Shown here piece after piece: positions 51,795 through 62,181 of a stretch of DNA of 64,000 nucleotides (position 1 is its first letter; the number at the start of each line of letters is the position of its first letter). The notes under the pieces were generated by a model. It saw only the letters and a list, made by a program, of their open reading frames with translations. It did no database searches and was not told where the DNA came from. Origin of the DNA: Terriglobia bacterium (lineage in GTDB: Bacteria > Acidobacteriota > Terriglobia > 2-12-FULL-54-10); NCBI GenBank assembly GCA_963666975.2, contig CAXVYR010000004.1:1984001-2048000 (forward strand). Reading direction: 5' to 3'. A program made the position numbers and the translations under genes.

Positions 51795-52574
51795 TCATTT
51801 GCGAAGAATGCAGACGAACCGATTCAAGCTGAAAAAGTACGTATGGTTGTCAAAGGCATCGCTCAACTGCCGCAACCAACGCCCGACTTCCTCCTGCGTG
51901 CATTTCTTCGAACGCAACAGATAGTCCCGGATGACGTAGCTCAGCGGCCCGCCGTACCTGCGGGCTGAATATTCGTCGTTGTGGATCACGTAGTGGTGCA
52001 GCTCGATTTGCATCGCGCCGGCCTGCTGGCAGAGCGAGTACAGGCGTCGCCCGAACCAGCCGTCGCCGTGATGGTCGGAAAAACCCAGCGTTACTTTCCG
52101 CTGCAACTCTTTGTCCAGGATGTTGTATACCAGCGTGTCCCAATCCGTTTCGGCGATGAACACCCTGCCGGCCGGCTTCACCACCCGCAGCATCGCCCGA
52201 ATCACCGGGATAGGGTCCACTGTATAGCCGAGCGCCTGCGTACAAACCACACCGTCGAAACTGTCTTCCGGAAACTCCATCTCCTCGACGGCTTTCAGTT
52301 GATATTCGATATTCCCGGCGGCCGCTGAAGCGCGAGCTACGGCCAGCATGGCTTCACTGTTGTCAATCCCGACGATCTTTCCTCCAGCCCCCACCATCTT
52401 GCTAAGCGCCAGGGCGTTGACGCCGGTTCCGCATCCCACGTCCAGCAGTGTTTCCCCAGGCCGCGGATCAAACCAGACGCGGTACTGCCGCTGCATTTCG
52501 CGAATGTCGTCGGATTGATAAATCAGGCTGAGCTGTTGCGCTGTTTTCTCGTCAAAGGAGAAAGTCGCAGCCAT
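51795..52574 (-). CDS. class I SAM-dependent methyltransferase
   Basis: LDVGCGTG, RVVKPAGR and ETDWDT. AAGGAGG RBS. Confidence 0.9.
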   Translation of the reverse strand: MAATFSFDEKTAQQLSLIYQSDDIREMQRQYRVWFDPRPGETLLDVGCGTGVNALALSKMVGAGGKIVGIDNSEAMLAVARASAAAGNIEYQLKAVEEMEFPEDSFDGVVCTQALGYTVDPIPVIRAMLRVVKPAGRVFIAETDWDTLVYNILDKELQRKVTLGFSDHHGDGWFGRRLYSLCQQAGAMQIELHHYVIHNDEYSARRYGGPLSYVIRDYLLRSKKCTQEEVGRWLRQLSDAFDNHTYFFSLNRFVCILRK

Positions 52575-52790
52575 CCAGGCCTCCTTAGTTTGTGGGAGAT
52601 GCCGTTCGCGGCCAAACCGCTTGAAACCCACGCCGGAACACCCCGGATGGCAAAGGGTGGAACACGGCCTCCCCCATACCCTCCGTGCTGCCCGGCGCTC
52701 TCCGGCTCAGAAAGCATGCCGCGCTACTGAGCCGGGCGGAAGGAGCCGGTTTCGAATTATTGGAGAGGTCCACCAAGGTCCACCAGGGGG

Positions 52791-53420
52791 TTAGGCCCCG
52801 GAGTCTCCGACGCGTTCGATGGTCAGCTTTTCCAGGACTACGGGCTGGAGCGGCCTTTCTTTGTTTTGAGGGTCCTTCTGGACGCGTGCGATCTTCTTGA
52901 CGACATCCAAGCCCTCGATCACCTGCCCGAAAATCGTGTAATCCTCATGCGAAAGCCCCGTGGCAACATCTGTAATGAAAAACTGGCTGCCGTTGGTATT
53001 GCGACCGCTATTGGCCATAGCCAACCGACCGGCCTTATCAAACTTCAGATTGGGCGAGGACTCGTTCTGAAACTTGTAACCCGGCCCGCCAGTGCCCTGC
53101 CCCAAGGGATCGCCTCCCTGAATCATAAAATCCGGGATGACGCGGTGAAAGATGGTCCCATCGTAGTAGCGGCTCTTCTTCTTCTCACCCGTCTCCGGAT
53201 GAGTCCATTCTTTGTTGCCTTCGGCGAGGTCCACGAAGTTCTTTACCGTGACGGGAGCCTCTTTCTCGAAAAGCTCGATGACGATGGCCCCCTGCGATGT
53301 TTGGAAAGTCGCGTAGACTCCCGGCTTCCGCTGTTTTTGTCCCAGTGCTGATGGCGACAAGACCCCCGCTAAAGCGATCAGTCCGCCTAAACTCAGTAAT
53401 AGAGAAATCTTTTCATTCAT
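52791..53420 (-). CDS. cyclophilin-type peptidyl-prolyl isomerase, exported
   Basis: FHRVIPDFMIQGGDP, AMANSG and NGSQFFIT. Confidence 0.95.
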   Translation of the reverse strand: MNEKISLLLSLGGLIALAGVLSPSALGQKQRKPGVYATFQTSQGAIVIELFEKEAPVTVKNFVDLAEGNKEWTHPETGEKKKSRYYDGTIFHRVIPDFMIQGGDPLGQGTGGPGYKFQNESSPNLKFDKAGRLAMANSGRNTNGSQFFITDVATGLSHEDYTIFGQVIEGLDVVKKIARVQKDPQNKERPLQPVVLEKLTIERVGDSGA

Positions 53421-53798
53421 AAATCCTCCCTAATCCTCCCTGCCGGTCCGGCCCGATTTCGTCCCCGCCTCAGAAACCACCTGCGGCGACCGGCTCCGTG
53501 CCCGGACAGTATATGTGTTTTTTTTGAACCGAGTTGGCAGAACAGAGAGGCCACCTCAGTCGGGCCATTCTAAATCATTTCACACCCAACAGCCCCCAGG
53601 CATTATCCCGGCCAGCAAAAAGGCGTGTCAACCAATTTTTCCCCCGGCAGCCTTCCGGACGCGGTATTTTGGGGAGCGGCCAGCGGATAGGGACTTAGTT
53701 TCCTCCCTTGCGGTTTTACTTGCGCCAATTCCGATTGCAAGCCCGTCACAAATTGTTTAATATCTCCCGAAAGAACAAAGGCCGACGGACCTGATGGA

Positions 53799-54833
53799 AT
53801 GCAGAGAGCGCTCCAACCAGTCAACGAACATTTCAGCCGGCCGCAGATTCGGCGTATTCTGGGCATCAGCGCATATCTGCTGACATCCTGGGAACGCCAG
53901 GGGCTCATCCAGCCTGCCCGGCCTTTGCAGCCGGCGACGGCTTCCAGCCTGTACCCGGAGCGTTCCGCCCGGCAGAGCCGCTCTTCGAGGCCGCCAGGCC
54001 GTCTGTACACCTTCTCCGACATCATCACCTTGAAGACGCTTTTGGATCTCCGGCGGAATCGCGTTCCGCTGGCTTGCATCCGCTCGTCGCTCGCTTCGCT
54101 GAAGGAGAAGCTGACGGGAGTCGAAAATCCTTTGAGCGAGCTGCAGATCAACAGCCTGGGACGGCGGCTGGCCGTCTATTTCCAGGGCGCCCGGATGGAG
54201 CCTCTTTCGGGCCAGTTGTTGTTCAATTTTGAGCCGGACAAAAAGAAAGGAAAGCCTCACCCGCTGGGGCGGGCAGGCCAAGCAAAGAAGCTGACCGAGA
54301 CCGAAAAGCGGGCGCGCGCCGAGAACTTCTTTCTGGCGGGGCTGCGCTACGAGGAACAATTGGAAACCATCCCGAAGGCTATTCGCGCCTACCAAAAGGC
54401 CATCGAGTTCAATCCGCAAGCCGTGGGAGCGTTGATCAACCTGGGCACCATCCACTACAACTGCGGGGAGCTGGGCGAAGCGGAACGGTGCTACCGGACT
54501 GCCCTCTCGATTGATCCGGGTTACGGGCTGGTGCATTTCAACCTGGGCAACGTCTTGGAAGAGAAAAATGACTTGGAACCGGCACGGCAGCACTACGAGC
54601 AAGCTGTTCTCCTGGGTCCGGGGTATTCCGACGCGCACTACAACCTGGCCCTGGCGTACGAGAAGTTGGGGCTGCACGGCAAGGCCCGCCAGCAATGGCG
54701 CTCGTATCTGAAGCTCGACCCGCAGAGCCATTGGTCCCTCTACGCCCGCCAGCAGTTGGAGAAGACTCCGCTCCATATCGTCCGGCGCGAAATACCCTTG
54801 GACGAGGATTCGGAACTGACGCCAAGCCACTGA
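53799..54833 (+). CDS. MerR-type HTH + TPR protein
   Basis: WERQGLI, YTFSDII, EPLSGQLLFNF and four TPRs. Confidence 0.85.
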   Translation: MQRALQPVNEHFSRPQIRRILGISAYLLTSWERQGLIQPARPLQPATASSLYPERSARQSRSSRPPGRLYTFSDIITLKTLLDLRRNRVPLACIRSSLASLKEKLTGVENPLSELQINSLGRRLAVYFQGARMEPLSGQLLFNFEPDKKKGKPHPLGRAGQAKKLTETEKRARAENFFLAGLRYEEQLETIPKAIRAYQKAIEFNPQAVGALINLGTIHYNCGELGEAERCYRTALSIDPGYGLVHFNLGNVLEEKNDLEPARQHYEQAVLLGPGYSDAHYNLALAYEKLGLHGKARQQWRSYLKLDPQSHWSLYARQQLEKTPLHIVRREIPLDEDSELTPSH

Positions 54834-54952
54834 GAGTGTTTTCAGACTCCCCAGAAGCGGCCTCCCCGCTTTTTATGCTCTCGCCTGGACCAGGATGTGT
54901 CGGGATTTCCCTCCCGTCCCCCAAACCGCCGGTTCGCTGGTAGACTGTTAGA

Positions 54953-55666
54953 ATGGGAGAGGTCAAGGCGAACCTGCCGCCGGTAGTGGAGCTGATTCAG
55001 GCCAGCAAGTCGTATCGCGCAGACGGGAACGTTGTACACGCTGTGCAAGGGGCCGATCTCAGTTTGCCGGCGGGATCGTTCACTGCCATAGTAGGCCGCA
55101 GCGGGTGCGGGAAAAGCACTTTGCTGAACCTGGCAGGCGCGGTGGATTTGCCGACCAGCGGAGAGGTGCGGATTGAACAGCTCTCGACCGGAAAACTGGA
55201 CGACCGCGGCCTCAGCCGTCTGCGCCGGACGCGGGTGGGATTCATCTTTCAATTTTTCCATTTGCTCCCGACGCTGACCGTCGCCGAGAACGTGGAGTTG
55301 CCGCTGCTGCTCGGGCTCTCGGAGGACGGCTCCGGACCACAGGATAACCGGCGAGAACGGGTCAACCATTTGCTGGAAATGGTTGGCGTCCACGGGAAGG
55401 CCCGCCACCTCCCCCATCAATTGTCCGGCGGCGAGATGCAGCGCGTGGCCATCGCCCGCGCACTCATCAACGAGCCCAAAGTCGTGATTGCAGATGAACC
55501 CACTGGAAACCTGGACAGCGTTAATGCAGAGATTGTGCTACGACTTTTACGTCAAATCGCCAGAGAAATGCGTCATACTGTATTGATGGCCACGCACAGC
55601 CGGGAAGCGGCTGAATCCGCCTCCCATGTGGTCTCGATGCAGGATGGCCGCCTTGGAACACCATAG
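54953..55666 (+). CDS. LolD-like ABC ATP-binding protein
   Basis: [23 protein letters not shown] and DEPTGNLD. Confidence 0.92.
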   Translation: MGEVKANLPPVVELIQASKSYRADGNVVHAVQGADLSLPAGSFTAIVGRSGCGKSTLLNLAGAVDLPTSGEVRIEQLSTGKLDDRGLSRLRRTRVGFIFQFFHLLPTLTVAENVELPLLLGLSEDGSGPQDNRRERVNHLLEMVGVHGKARHLPHQLSGGEMQRVAIARALINEPKVVIADEPTGNLDSVNAEIVLRLLRQIAREMRHTVLMATHSREAAESASHVVSMQDGRLGTP

Positions 55667-55671
55667 ACCCT

Positions 55672-56241
55672 ATGCCGCACCTCAAGCAGATGCTTTATGC
55701 CCCGAACCAGCTCACGTTGCTTCGGCTGGTTTTCATTCCTCCTGTGATCCTCTTCATCCTCTACGGGGATTATTCGACAGCTCTCCTGCTGGTTCTGCTC
55801 GCCGGGATAACCGACGGGTTGGATGGCCTGCTGGCCCGCCGATTGCACCAACAGACAACGCTGGGCACTTATCTCGATCCGGTTGCGGACAAACTCCTGC
55901 TGAGCTCCTCTTTTGTGGCGCTTGGCGTGGTGCACGAGCTTCCTCTCTGGCTGCTGATTCTGGTTCTGAGCCGCGACACGATCATTATGGCAACGGTATT
56001 AGTAGTGGTTCTGACAACCTCCCTGCGGTCTTTCCAGCCGAGCATCTACGGCAAAGCCAATACCCTGGCGCAGCTCACCACAGTTGTTTTGACCCTGGCG
56101 GTTTTGCGGAACTCGTGGGAAGTCCTCAGATGGCTGCAACAGGCGGGAGTGTACGTGACAGCGACCCTCACGGTGGTATCGGGCCTCCACTATGCGTTCG
56201 TCACTGCGGAGAAGCTGCGCAGAATGGATACGGCCCCTTGA
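55672..56241 (+). CDS. CDP-alcohol phosphatidyltransferase
   Basis: PNQLTLLR and DGLDGLLAR...GTYLDPVADK. Confidence 0.93.
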   Translation: MPHLKQMLYAPNQLTLLRLVFIPPVILFILYGDYSTALLLVLLAGITDGLDGLLARRLHQQTTLGTYLDPVADKLLLSSSFVALGVVHELPLWLLILVLSRDTIIMATVLVVVLTTSLRSFQPSIYGKANTLAQLTTVVLTLAVLRNSWEVLRWLQQAGVYVTATLTVVSGLHYAFVTAEKLRRMDTAP

Positions 56242-56435
56242 AACAGCGCCCCGCGCGGGCTGGGCTTAGAGATGGCAAAGAAAGTAAGTGGATTGTCCTA
56301 TCGGTGGGAATCCGCTACGCTTTTTGAGGCGAACGAAGGGTTTCGCTGGATTTCTCAATCAATACGGAAAACAATAGAAAAATCTCTTCTTCATATATTG
56401 GAGCAGGACTTTTCCTCCGACAAGGTAATTGGCGC

Positions 56436-57824
56436 ATGACGAATGACGCTGCAGTCTGGGTCTTGATCGTCGACGACCAGGAGATGGTGAGGGGCTTGTG
56501 CGAGGAAGTGATCCTGTCTCTTGGCCACCGGACTTTAATGGCCGATTCGGCTGGCCGGGCGCTGGAGATCATCGAACAGCAGCAGGTGGACATCGTCATC
56601 GCCGACATCAAGATGTCCGGGATGAGTGGAATTGAACTGCTGGAGCAAATCAAAACCACCAACCCGCAGATTGAAGTGGTGATTATGACCGGCTACGCAA
56701 CTGTGCCCTCGGCCGTCCAGGCGATGAAGCTCGGAGCCACCGATTACATCACCAAGCCCTTTAGCGCGGAGGAGATCCGGCTGGTGGTGGAGCGGCTGGT
56801 GCAGACGCTGGAGCTGAAGGAGGAAAACCGCTACCTCCGGGAACAGTTGCGGTCGCGCAGCCGCTTTAGAAGCCTGGTGGGACAATCCCAGAAGATGCAG
56901 CATGTCTTCAAGCTCATCCAGAGGGTCTCTGTGAGCCGCTCCCCGGTATTGATTTTGGGAGAAAGCGGGACGGGAAAAGAACTGGTGGCGCGCTCCATCC
57001 ACGAAAGCGGTCCCGCGCGCGACAAACCGTTCATCCCGGTAGATTGCGGCGCTTTGGCGCCGACCCTGATTGAAAGCGAGCTGTTTGGATATGTGCGCGG
57101 CGCCTTCACCGGCGCGGTTCGCAGCAGAGAAGGGCTGCTGCAGTCCGCCAACGGAGGCACCGTGTTCCTGGATGAAGTCGCTGAACTCCCCGTCGAGCTG
57201 CAAACCCGCCTGCTGCGGACGATCCAGGAAAAAGAGTTCCGGCCGGTTGGCGGCAACAAAAGCGTCCCATTCAAAGCCCGTGTGATCTCGGCGACCAACT
57301 GCGATCTGGAAACAGCCATTCAACAGGGCAGCTTCCGCAAAGAACTTTATTTTCGCCTGAACGTGGTCTCCATTACACTGCCGCCGCTGCGCGAGCGAAA
57401 AGTGGACATTCCCTTGCTGTCCGAACAACTCCTTCACAAACTCTCCCTTGCTCAGGGCAAAGACATGGAAACCGCGCCCTGGACGCTTGCTCCGGAAGCC
57501 TTGGACCGCCTGCTGGCCTGCGACTGGCCGGGAAACGTTCGCGAACTGGAGAACTGCCTGGAACGAGCCATTACTTTGGGTTCAGGACCCGTCATCCAGG
57601 TCTCTGACTTGCCTGCGAACGTGCAAGCTGCTTATCCCAAAATCGGGGCAGGCGGTTCCGACAGCGTGATTCCGCTCGAGGAGATGGAACGGCAAGCGAT
57701 CTTGCGCGCTCTTGCCGAGGCCGGTGGCGACAAGTTACTGGCTGCCCGCAAGCTCGGCATCGGCAAGACGACTTTGTACAGGAAGCTCCACAAGTACCAG
57801 CACAAATTTGAACAAGGGGCCTGA
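56436..57824 (+). CDS. sigma-54-dependent response regulator (NtrC/AtoC family)
   Basis: Receiver domain, GESGTGKE, GAFTGA, WPGNVREL and Fis-type HTH. Confidence 0.95.
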   Translation: MTNDAAVWVLIVDDQEMVRGLCEEVILSLGHRTLMADSAGRALEIIEQQQVDIVIADIKMSGMSGIELLEQIKTTNPQIEVVIMTGYATVPSAVQAMKLGATDYITKPFSAEEIRLVVERLVQTLELKEENRYLREQLRSRSRFRSLVGQSQKMQHVFKLIQRVSVSRSPVLILGESGTGKELVARSIHESGPARDKPFIPVDCGALAPTLIESELFGYVRGAFTGAVRSREGLLQSANGGTVFLDEVAELPVELQTRLLRTIQEKEFRPVGGNKSVPFKARVISATNCDLETAIQQGSFRKELYFRLNVVSITLPPLRERKVDIPLLSEQLLHKLSLAQGKDMETAPWTLAPEALDRLLACDWPGNVRELENCLERAITLGSGPVIQVSDLPANVQAAYPKIGAGGSDSVIPLEEMERQAILRALAEAGGDKLLAARKLGIGKTTLYRKLHKYQHKFEQGA

Positions 57825-57991
57825 CCGATTTGGGAATGGGTTTCCACTCCGGCACTGTTCACGCTCCGATTCTAATCTTTCTCCGCTGTGCACAGCCAAA
57901 AGGATGTTTAGTTATAACGCTGAAAAGCCACTCCGGCTGACTTCCCGGGCATATAGCCATTGGAAGAGTAATTGCTACAAAACAAACTGCT

Positions 57992-58603
57992 ATGAAAAAT
58001 GGCGCGGATGTGAAAATTCTTATTACGGGGAGCAAAGGGAAACTTCGCGATGTGGTCATGCATGCCCTTTCCCGCGGCTCTGATTTCCGGGTCGAGACCG
58101 TTCCAGTGGGCTCCGAGCTGTTGGAGATGGCGCGGAGCAACTCTTTCGATGCCCTGATCTTTACCCTGAACAGCAAGAAGGAAATTAAACCGCTGCAGTG
58201 GATTCATCATCAGAACCGGTCGCTGCCTCTGCTGGCTGTCTTAGGCAGGACGAACCCTGGATTGCGGGAACAGTTGTGGGACGAAGGCGTCGCACAGGTG
58301 GTGGATATCCAGGGTCTGTCAGCGGCGCAGATTTGCCGGGAGCTCCGGGAAAAGCTGCTGGCCGCTCGTTTGGGGCTGGTGGAAATCGGGCGCTTCCAGA
58401 CGAAATTACTGGAAAATTTCCATCATGTCCGTTCCGTGCTCACCGCAATTCTGGGCAATGCTGAATTGGCCGCCAGGAAGTTTTCCCTCCCCCACAAAAT
58501 CGATGCGGAGTTGCAGGAAATCATCCAGGGAGTGAATCAAGTGGAGGGAATTCTCCGCTGCGTCGAGAGGAGCATGAAGGCGCCCGGCGCCTCATCGCAA
58601 TGA
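57992..58603 (+). CDS. degenerate receiver + HisKA-like domain protein
   Basis: KILIT..DALIFT..LPLLAVL, then HHVRSVLTAILGNAEL. No HATPase domain. Confidence 0.6.
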   Translation: MKNGADVKILITGSKGKLRDVVMHALSRGSDFRVETVPVGSELLEMARSNSFDALIFTLNSKKEIKPLQWIHHQNRSLPLLAVLGRTNPGLREQLWDEGVAQVVDIQGLSAAQICRELREKLLAARLGLVEIGRFQTKLLENFHHVRSVLTAILGNAELAARKFSLPHKIDAELQEIIQGVNQVEGILRCVERSMKAPGASSQ

Positions 58604-58900
58604 AGCTTTCTACCACTGCGGAACTCGCCGCCGCGTGCTCCGCAAAACCCGTTTGAATGCCACGGCACGACGAACGGCAACAGAGCATCTTTCCATCTCC
58701 CCCCTCCCCGCCATCCCCCCGGCTTCCTCCCTCCCCGAAAAACGCACCTTTTCAGAAACGCAGCTAGAGAAATAAATTCACCCTGAAGTCCGGGCTGCCC
58801 TTATCATCGAAAATATGGAGGATATGAGAGAGGACGTGCGCACTGCCGCAACTCTGATCCGCGGACCGGGATTTCCCCCGATGAAACCCTGGCTGGGATC

Positions 58901-60019
58901 ATGGCTGGGAATACGGCTGTGAAAGTTGCCCTGGACGCCACCTACGCCGCCTACCCGGACCGGACGGGGACCGGCGTGTACTCCGAGCGGCTGATCTCGG
59001 CCTTGGCGGCCGGCCCGCTGGCCCGGCTGGACGCTGCATCCCGTCTGATCCTGTGCTTCCGGCTCGGACCCTATCTGCGGTGGGCGCGAAAAAAAAAGTG
59101 GCCCGAGCGATGCGCGATTTCCCCGCTGCTCGACCCCTGGCTGCCGCCGCCGCGCGCGCATCTGTTCCATGGCCTGAATCAGCGGCTGCCGGAAAGAGGA
59201 AAATACGCAGTTCGCGTGGTGACCGTCCACGACCTTTTTCCTCTCGCCTCGACCGAATACTCCACACGGCAATTCCAGCAGCACTTCACCCAGATCATCC
59301 AAAAAGCGGTCTCCCGCGCCGACTGGATCATTTCGGTATCCGACGCCACGCGGCAGCAATTGCTCCGCTACACGGAGGCAGCCGGCGGGCGGATTCGCGT
59401 GATCCACCACGGCGTCGATCCTCCGCAGCCCGCCGCGCAGGCCGAGCTAGATGCCTTCCGGGAACGCGTGCTCGGTTTGAGCAAAGAAGAAAAATTCTTC
59501 CTCAACGTGGGCACGATCCAAACGCGCAAGAACGTGGCTGGCATCGCTGCTGCCATGCAGCGCCTGCCGGAGTTTCGCCTGGTGCTGGCCGGAGGCGACG
59601 GCTTTGGAGCAGACCGGGTTCATTCGTTGATCGAAAAGGAGGGGCTAGCCGGGCAAATCCTCCGCCTGGGGCACACCTCGCCCCAGACGCTGCGGTTGCT
59701 CTACTCTGCGGCCACCGCCCTGGTATTTCCTTCTCTCGAAGAGGGATTCGGCATGCCGATCCTGGAAGCCATGAGCTACGGCCTGCCGGTAATCACCTCG
59801 AACTGCTCCTCGATGCCGGAGGTGGCGGGCGACGCCGCCCTTTTTGTCGACCCCGGAAATGTGCAGGAGATCAGCGATGCCATGCGGCGCGTGGCGGAAG
59901 ACACGGCGCTGGCTGCCGCGCTTGGCGAGAAGGGAAAGCAGCGGGCCGGGCAGTTCAGTTGGGAGAGATGCGCGCGGGAAACCTGGGAGGTTTACCAGGA
60001 AGCCCTGGGTGGCGAGTAA
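58901..60019 (+). CDS. GT4 glycosyltransferase
   Basis: TVHDL, RKN and FPSLEEGFGMPILEAM. Confidence 0.93.
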   Translation: MAGNTAVKVALDATYAAYPDRTGTGVYSERLISALAAGPLARLDAASRLILCFRLGPYLRWARKKKWPERCAISPLLDPWLPPPRAHLFHGLNQRLPERGKYAVRVVTVHDLFPLASTEYSTRQFQQHFTQIIQKAVSRADWIISVSDATRQQLLRYTEAAGGRIRVIHHGVDPPQPAAQAELDAFRERVLGLSKEEKFFLNVGTIQTRKNVAGIAAAMQRLPEFRLVLAGGDGFGADRVHSLIEKEGLAGQILRLGHTSPQTLRLLYSAATALVFPSLEEGFGMPILEAMSYGLPVITSNCSSMPEVAGDAALFVDPGNVQEISDAMRRVAEDTALAAALGEKGKQRAGQFSWERCARETWEVYQEALGGE

Positions 60020-60067
60020 AGCACTCACCGTGGCTACCAGGACTCCAGCGGGGCGGTGTAGGTCACG

Positions 60068-60916
60068 CTATTCCACCTTCTTCCATCGGAGATGAACCGG
60101 CTCAGGCGATGCGCCAAGAAGAACAACATCTATCTCTCCGCCTATTCCAAATTCCGGTTGAACAATCTTAGCCATCTCCGAGGCAGCTTCTATGAGATTG
60201 TCTGCTGCGGCTTTCGCTTCTTGGGCTGAAACCCGTCGTATTGTACCTTTGAGAAGCATTTCGTCATGACGGGCGATGAGTTTTTTCCCTTCTCCCTGCA
60301 GAACATTCTTTTTAACGTAATCAGTCTCCCCAAAAAAGCGAGTGCATATGAGATCTGCGTCTCGAAACTCCTCAACCTTGAATTTTTGAATCGTCGGATT
60401 GAGGCACTTCGGTTCTATGAAAATTGCAAATGACGCAATAGTAGAGCACCTTCGTTCGCAATTGTAGTTCGCCACTACCACATAGCACAAATCCTTGCCC
60501 TCAAACTGACGGAAGTGTTCGGGCTCCTGGGCCGTAGCTTGCCTCACCGCAGCCTGACAATCTCGTGGTATCTCCTTTCGAACCATTTCTTCGTTCAGTT
60601 CTTCGGGACCTCTCTCAAGGCGGCTCTTGACCACGGAGGGAAGATCAAGCAGCCTTGGAGCAGTAGCCAAAGCATTCGTCAGATCCCCGGCTTGTTCTTC
60701 TGGCACATCATGCATCACACCAGTCCCAGGGACGGATATGATGGTCCGAAATGGTCGAGCGACTTCAACGATCTTGTAGTTGGTATCAGAGATCTGACAC
60801 TCAGTCTTCTTACCGAGGACTACACGACGGTGGACTGCACGACTGTCCGCCGCAACCACAAGACCCTCCGAATTTGAAACCAACACAACCAGAGTGCCAC
60901 TGACGCATTTGTACAT
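60068..60916 (-). CDS. proteasome-beta/HslV-like Ntn-hydrolase
   Basis: MYKCVSG-TLVV...GLVVAADSR and GIGGEIDV. GGAGAGG RBS; visibly lower GC than its neighbours. Confidence 0.65.
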   Translation of the reverse strand: MYKCVSGTLVVLVSNSEGLVVAADSRAVHRRVVLGKKTECQISDTNYKIVEVARPFRTIISVPGTGVMHDVPEEQAGDLTNALATAPRLLDLPSVVKSRLERGPEELNEEMVRKEIPRDCQAAVRQATAQEPEHFRQFEGKDLCYVVVANYNCERRCSTIASFAIFIEPKCLNPTIQKFKVEEFRDADLICTRFFGETDYVKKNVLQGEGKKLIARHDEMLLKGTIRRVSAQEAKAAADNLIEAASEMAKIVQPEFGIGGEIDVVLLGASPEPVHLRWKKVE

Positions 60917-60938
60917 AGCCTCTCCAGTATTGGCAGTG

Positions 60939-61053
60939 GTTGCCACGGCAAATTTGCAGTTCCAATTTGCCGTGGGTTTGTAAAATCTGCCAAATGCCCA
61001 CGGCGAGGCTTGTCCCGAGCGAAGTCGAGGGGAAAAGCACTCACCGTGGCTAC
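60939..61053. repeat. REP doublet of the same family as 36000-36083; a further half-copy at 60010-60038
   Basis: TGGCAGTGGT(T/A)GCCACG is shared with 35992. AAAGCACTCACCGTGGCTACC occurs at 60018 and 61034. Confidence 0.8.
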
Positions 61054-61081
61054 CCGCTCCAGGATGAGTGGAAATTGGAAA

Positions 61082-62008
61082 CTAGCCCGGTTGCCGAAGC
61101 GCGACCATTACAAACGAAAAAATTATCAGGACAACAACAATCGTTCGGAGCAGTTTCCAGAAATTAATCGACTCGCTCGTCATGGAGGGCATATCGCCGA
61201 CCAGCATCCCGAAGGCCGCGCCGGCGGCCAGGCCCCCGATATGCCCGGCATTGTCCACCATGGGCATGAAAAATCCAAACATCAGCCCATAGATCGCCCA
61301 TCGGACGTACATGTTCTTTATGGTGTTGCCCATCCTTCCCCGATGCCTGTATCCATAGGCGATCATCGCCCCGATCAGCCCAAACACCGCGCCGGAAGCG
61401 CCGATGCCGACCGAGTTGGGATGCCACACGGCGCTCGCCACGAACCCCATCACGCCCGCGAGGATATAAAGCACCAGAAATTTGTGCGGACCGTAGATCT
61501 CCTCCACCGTGGGTCCCAGGTCGAGCAGAACAAAGGTATTGAACCCTAAATGGATGAGGCCGCCGTGCAGAAAAATGGGCGTCAGCAGCCGCCACCACTC
61601 TCCGGCCAGAATCAGGGCGGTGTATTTGGCTCCAAACTTCACCAGCGTGTAGCCATCAATCGATCCCAGCAACGCACCGGCATCCAGCCCCCCCGTGCGG
61701 CTCCGCATGGAGACCACCCAAGTCAGCGCAAACAAAAACAGATTCACGCCCAGCAGCAGGGAGGTGGTCTGCGCCCGCTTCGGAAGGACAGAAGACAGTA
61801 TGCGGTCCACCCCGCCCCGGGGGGCTGCCGAGGTGTTTTCACCACAAAAAGGACAGGTTTTTTCTTTTCGGTCCACCAGCGCACGGCAGGCCGGGCACAT
61901 TTTTTGCTTGTACGTTACCGACTTGAAGAAGTTCTGCAACCGCTCCAGACGCTCCTCCGCCTGCTGTTTGTAGCGGTTGATCTTCCATTTCATTCGCGGG
62001 GAAATCAT
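61082..62008 (-). CDS. rhomboid intramembrane serine protease with N-terminal Zn-ribbon
   Basis: CPAC/CPFC, WWRL, HGGLIHLGFN, GASG and HIGGL. Confidence 0.93.
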   Translation of the reverse strand: MISPRMKWKINRYKQQAEERLERLQNFFKSVTYKQKMCPACRALVDRKEKTCPFCGENTSAAPRGGVDRILSSVLPKRAQTTSLLLGVNLFLFALTWVVSMRSRTGGLDAGALLGSIDGYTLVKFGAKYTALILAGEWWRLLTPIFLHGGLIHLGFNTFVLLDLGPTVEEIYGPHKFLVLYILAGVMGFVASAVWHPNSVGIGASGAVFGLIGAMIAYGYRHRGRMGNTIKNMYVRWAIYGLMFGFFMPMVDNAGHIGGLAAGAAFGMLVGDMPSMTSESINFWKLLRTIVVVLIIFSFVMVALRQPG

Positions 62009-62181
62009 CAATGCTCCAGCTTCCTTCCTACTCCCGATGTTGCCATATTATATACCGGCAGCGGGAAAGCGGTCTTTTGCGACTGGAGAAAAGGGGTTGG
62101 ATATTATAATGGGCATGGATGCTGGTTTGTCCGTCCCCCCGGCGATTGGCAATTCTCTTCTGAACGCAGACCTTCCCTTCT

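Noticed and set aside
52580-52790. SAM/SAH riboswitch upstream of the methyltransferase
   Set aside because: Only a CCGGCTCAG/CTGAGCCGG hairpin is present, with no consensus core.
58824-58922. 32-aa ORF with GGAGG overlapping an alternative GT4 start
   Set aside because: No recognisable motif; cannot be distinguished from chance.
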